10,147 nt of DNA from Tubiluchus corallicola. Its lineage: Eukaryota; Animalia; Priapulida. The stretch lies in the NCBI GenBank assembly GCA_030141605.1, contig JAQGDQ010002190.1, forward strand, positions 1-10,147, in the 5' to 3' direction. The position numbers and the translations under genes are program-made. The notes under the pieces were generated by a model. That model did not search any database, was not told the DNA's origin, and worked only from the letters and a program-made list of their open reading frames with translations. Shown piece by piece: positions 8,392 through 10,147 of this stretch. The first letter of the stretch is position 1. Every line of letters begins with the position of its first letter.

Positions 8392-8489
8392 AACCGAAAA
8401 ACAGGCATATGTAATTGATTCACGAGAACAAGCACCAGCTAGAGCTACCGAGACCATGTTTGTCAACAAAACTGGTGCTTCAGTAAGAG
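8392..8489 (+). CDS. GGT: GGT coding exon (not in the ORF track)
   Basis: Acceptor TTTTATCTCGTAG. Reads (R)TEKQAYVIDSREQAPARATETMFVNKTGASVR, with the I-D/N-x-RE-x-AP motif containing the substrate-binding Arg. Donor G|GTAAGG at 8490, phase 1. Confidence 0.93.
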
Positions 8490-9203
8490 GTAAGGTTACA
8501 TATGTGCCCCTCTCTCCCTCAGCCACAATCACCACGAGAAATGCTTTGTAAATTTATAATATGATTTTATGCTTTATTTATCACAATAAAACCATGATCT
8601 ATACCCTACATATACTCTATACCCTATAGTTATGTCCAGTCTAGTTCTATAAGACGCGACTCATATGGAAGCGCAACACCATGCTTAAGGCGAAGTACGT
8701 CTTACGCGCGAAAATTTTTATTAGATTGCGTTTTTTTGGTTATTATGCCCCATGCACGCACAGACACACCAACACGCACATGCGCGTGTGCGCATGCACA
8801 CCATTTTACAGGTTTCTTGTTAATTCTAAGAACACGTGTTGAAAAACTTCGTAAACGACCATCTTTTAGAAAACAAACCACACATAATTGTACAGCTGTC
8901 ATTGAAATGTGAAAGTACTTGAAACTGTACTGAATGCTTATGTCATCTTGTCCGTACCTCCGTATGAATAACATAAATGCACAAAAGCAATAATGATCAA
9001 ATAAAAGGAAAACAACTAGTTAACGTTTTCTTGTTAGCAGAATGTCACCATATGCAGAATATCAATAGAATGTCAGAATGCCACATTATGCATGTAATAG
9101 TAGTGCCTTTGTTATTAGCAATGGCGCCGCCATCTTTTAATTATGATTAATAAACTAAATGAAGCTAGTGTACCTCTACTGTCATTTGTTGCATTTTCTG
9201 TAG

Positions 9204-9396
9204 GGGGTTTGGCTATTGGAGTTCCTGGAGAAGTGAAAGGAATGATAGTAGCACATGAGAAGTGGGGAAGACTCCCGTGGGAACGGTTGTTTGAAGACGT
9301 CATTGGCATGTGCGAAAAGGGTTTCCCGGTTAGACACACTCTATGGTCTGCAATGAATGGAAAAATAGACGAAATATATGAGGAGGAAAATTTGAA
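9204..9396 (+). CDS. GGT: GGT coding exon
   Basis: Acceptor TTTTCTGTAG. Reads (G)GLAIGVPGEVKGMIVAHEKWGRLPWERLFEDVIGMCEKGFPV...EENL. Donor GTAAGT at 9397, phase 2. The gene continues beyond the window. Confidence 0.95.
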
Positions 9397-9584
9397 GTAA
9401 GTGAAAGTTAAACTGGACCGGGTCTGATTGTGGCCTCTGCACAGAAAATCAAATCATGAAACAACCAGGCACTTAGATAGCGAGCAAGCATACAAATAGA
9501 GGGAGAGAGAACGAGAGCGAGAGATGAGAAGGAGAAAGAAATGAGAGAGAGAGTGAGAGAGAGGGGAGAAGAGGGAGGACACAT

Positions 9585-10147
<563 letters not shown>

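Noticed and set aside
8750-8802. CA/CG-alternating quasi-palindrome in a GGT intron
   Set aside because: It is a degenerate microsatellite, and its self-complementarity follows from composition.

Overview
This is animal (eukaryotic) genomic DNA, not prokaryotic. Positions 1-6856 hold most of a decayed Ty3/gypsy LTR retrotransposon of the Gmr1-like type on the + strand. It has gag (SCAN-like capsid, frameshifted CCHC knuckle) and a gypsy-type pol in the atypical order protease-integrase-RT-RNase H. A polypurine tract and a ~1313-bp 3' LTR (TGTAATGACCC...GGGCCATTACA) follow. The 5' LTR and PBS lie outside the window, and the element carries several frameshifts and nonsense codons. Next comes a ~250-bp fold-back repeat (7063-7314) built from two head-to-head tRNA-like T-arm/B-box motifs. 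Four spliced coding exons of a gamma-glutamyl transpeptidase (GGT) gene follow on the + strand (7394-9396). The GGT start exon is not visible, so the retroelement probably sits in sense orientation inside an early GGT intron. The window ends in a compound (GCAC)n-(AC)n-(GA)n microsatellite with a ~490-bp polypurine tract. No wholly new system is evident. The most notable items are the Gmr1 domain order, the SCAN-like and HeH/Rho-N-like Gag domains, and the tRNA-derived palindrome.
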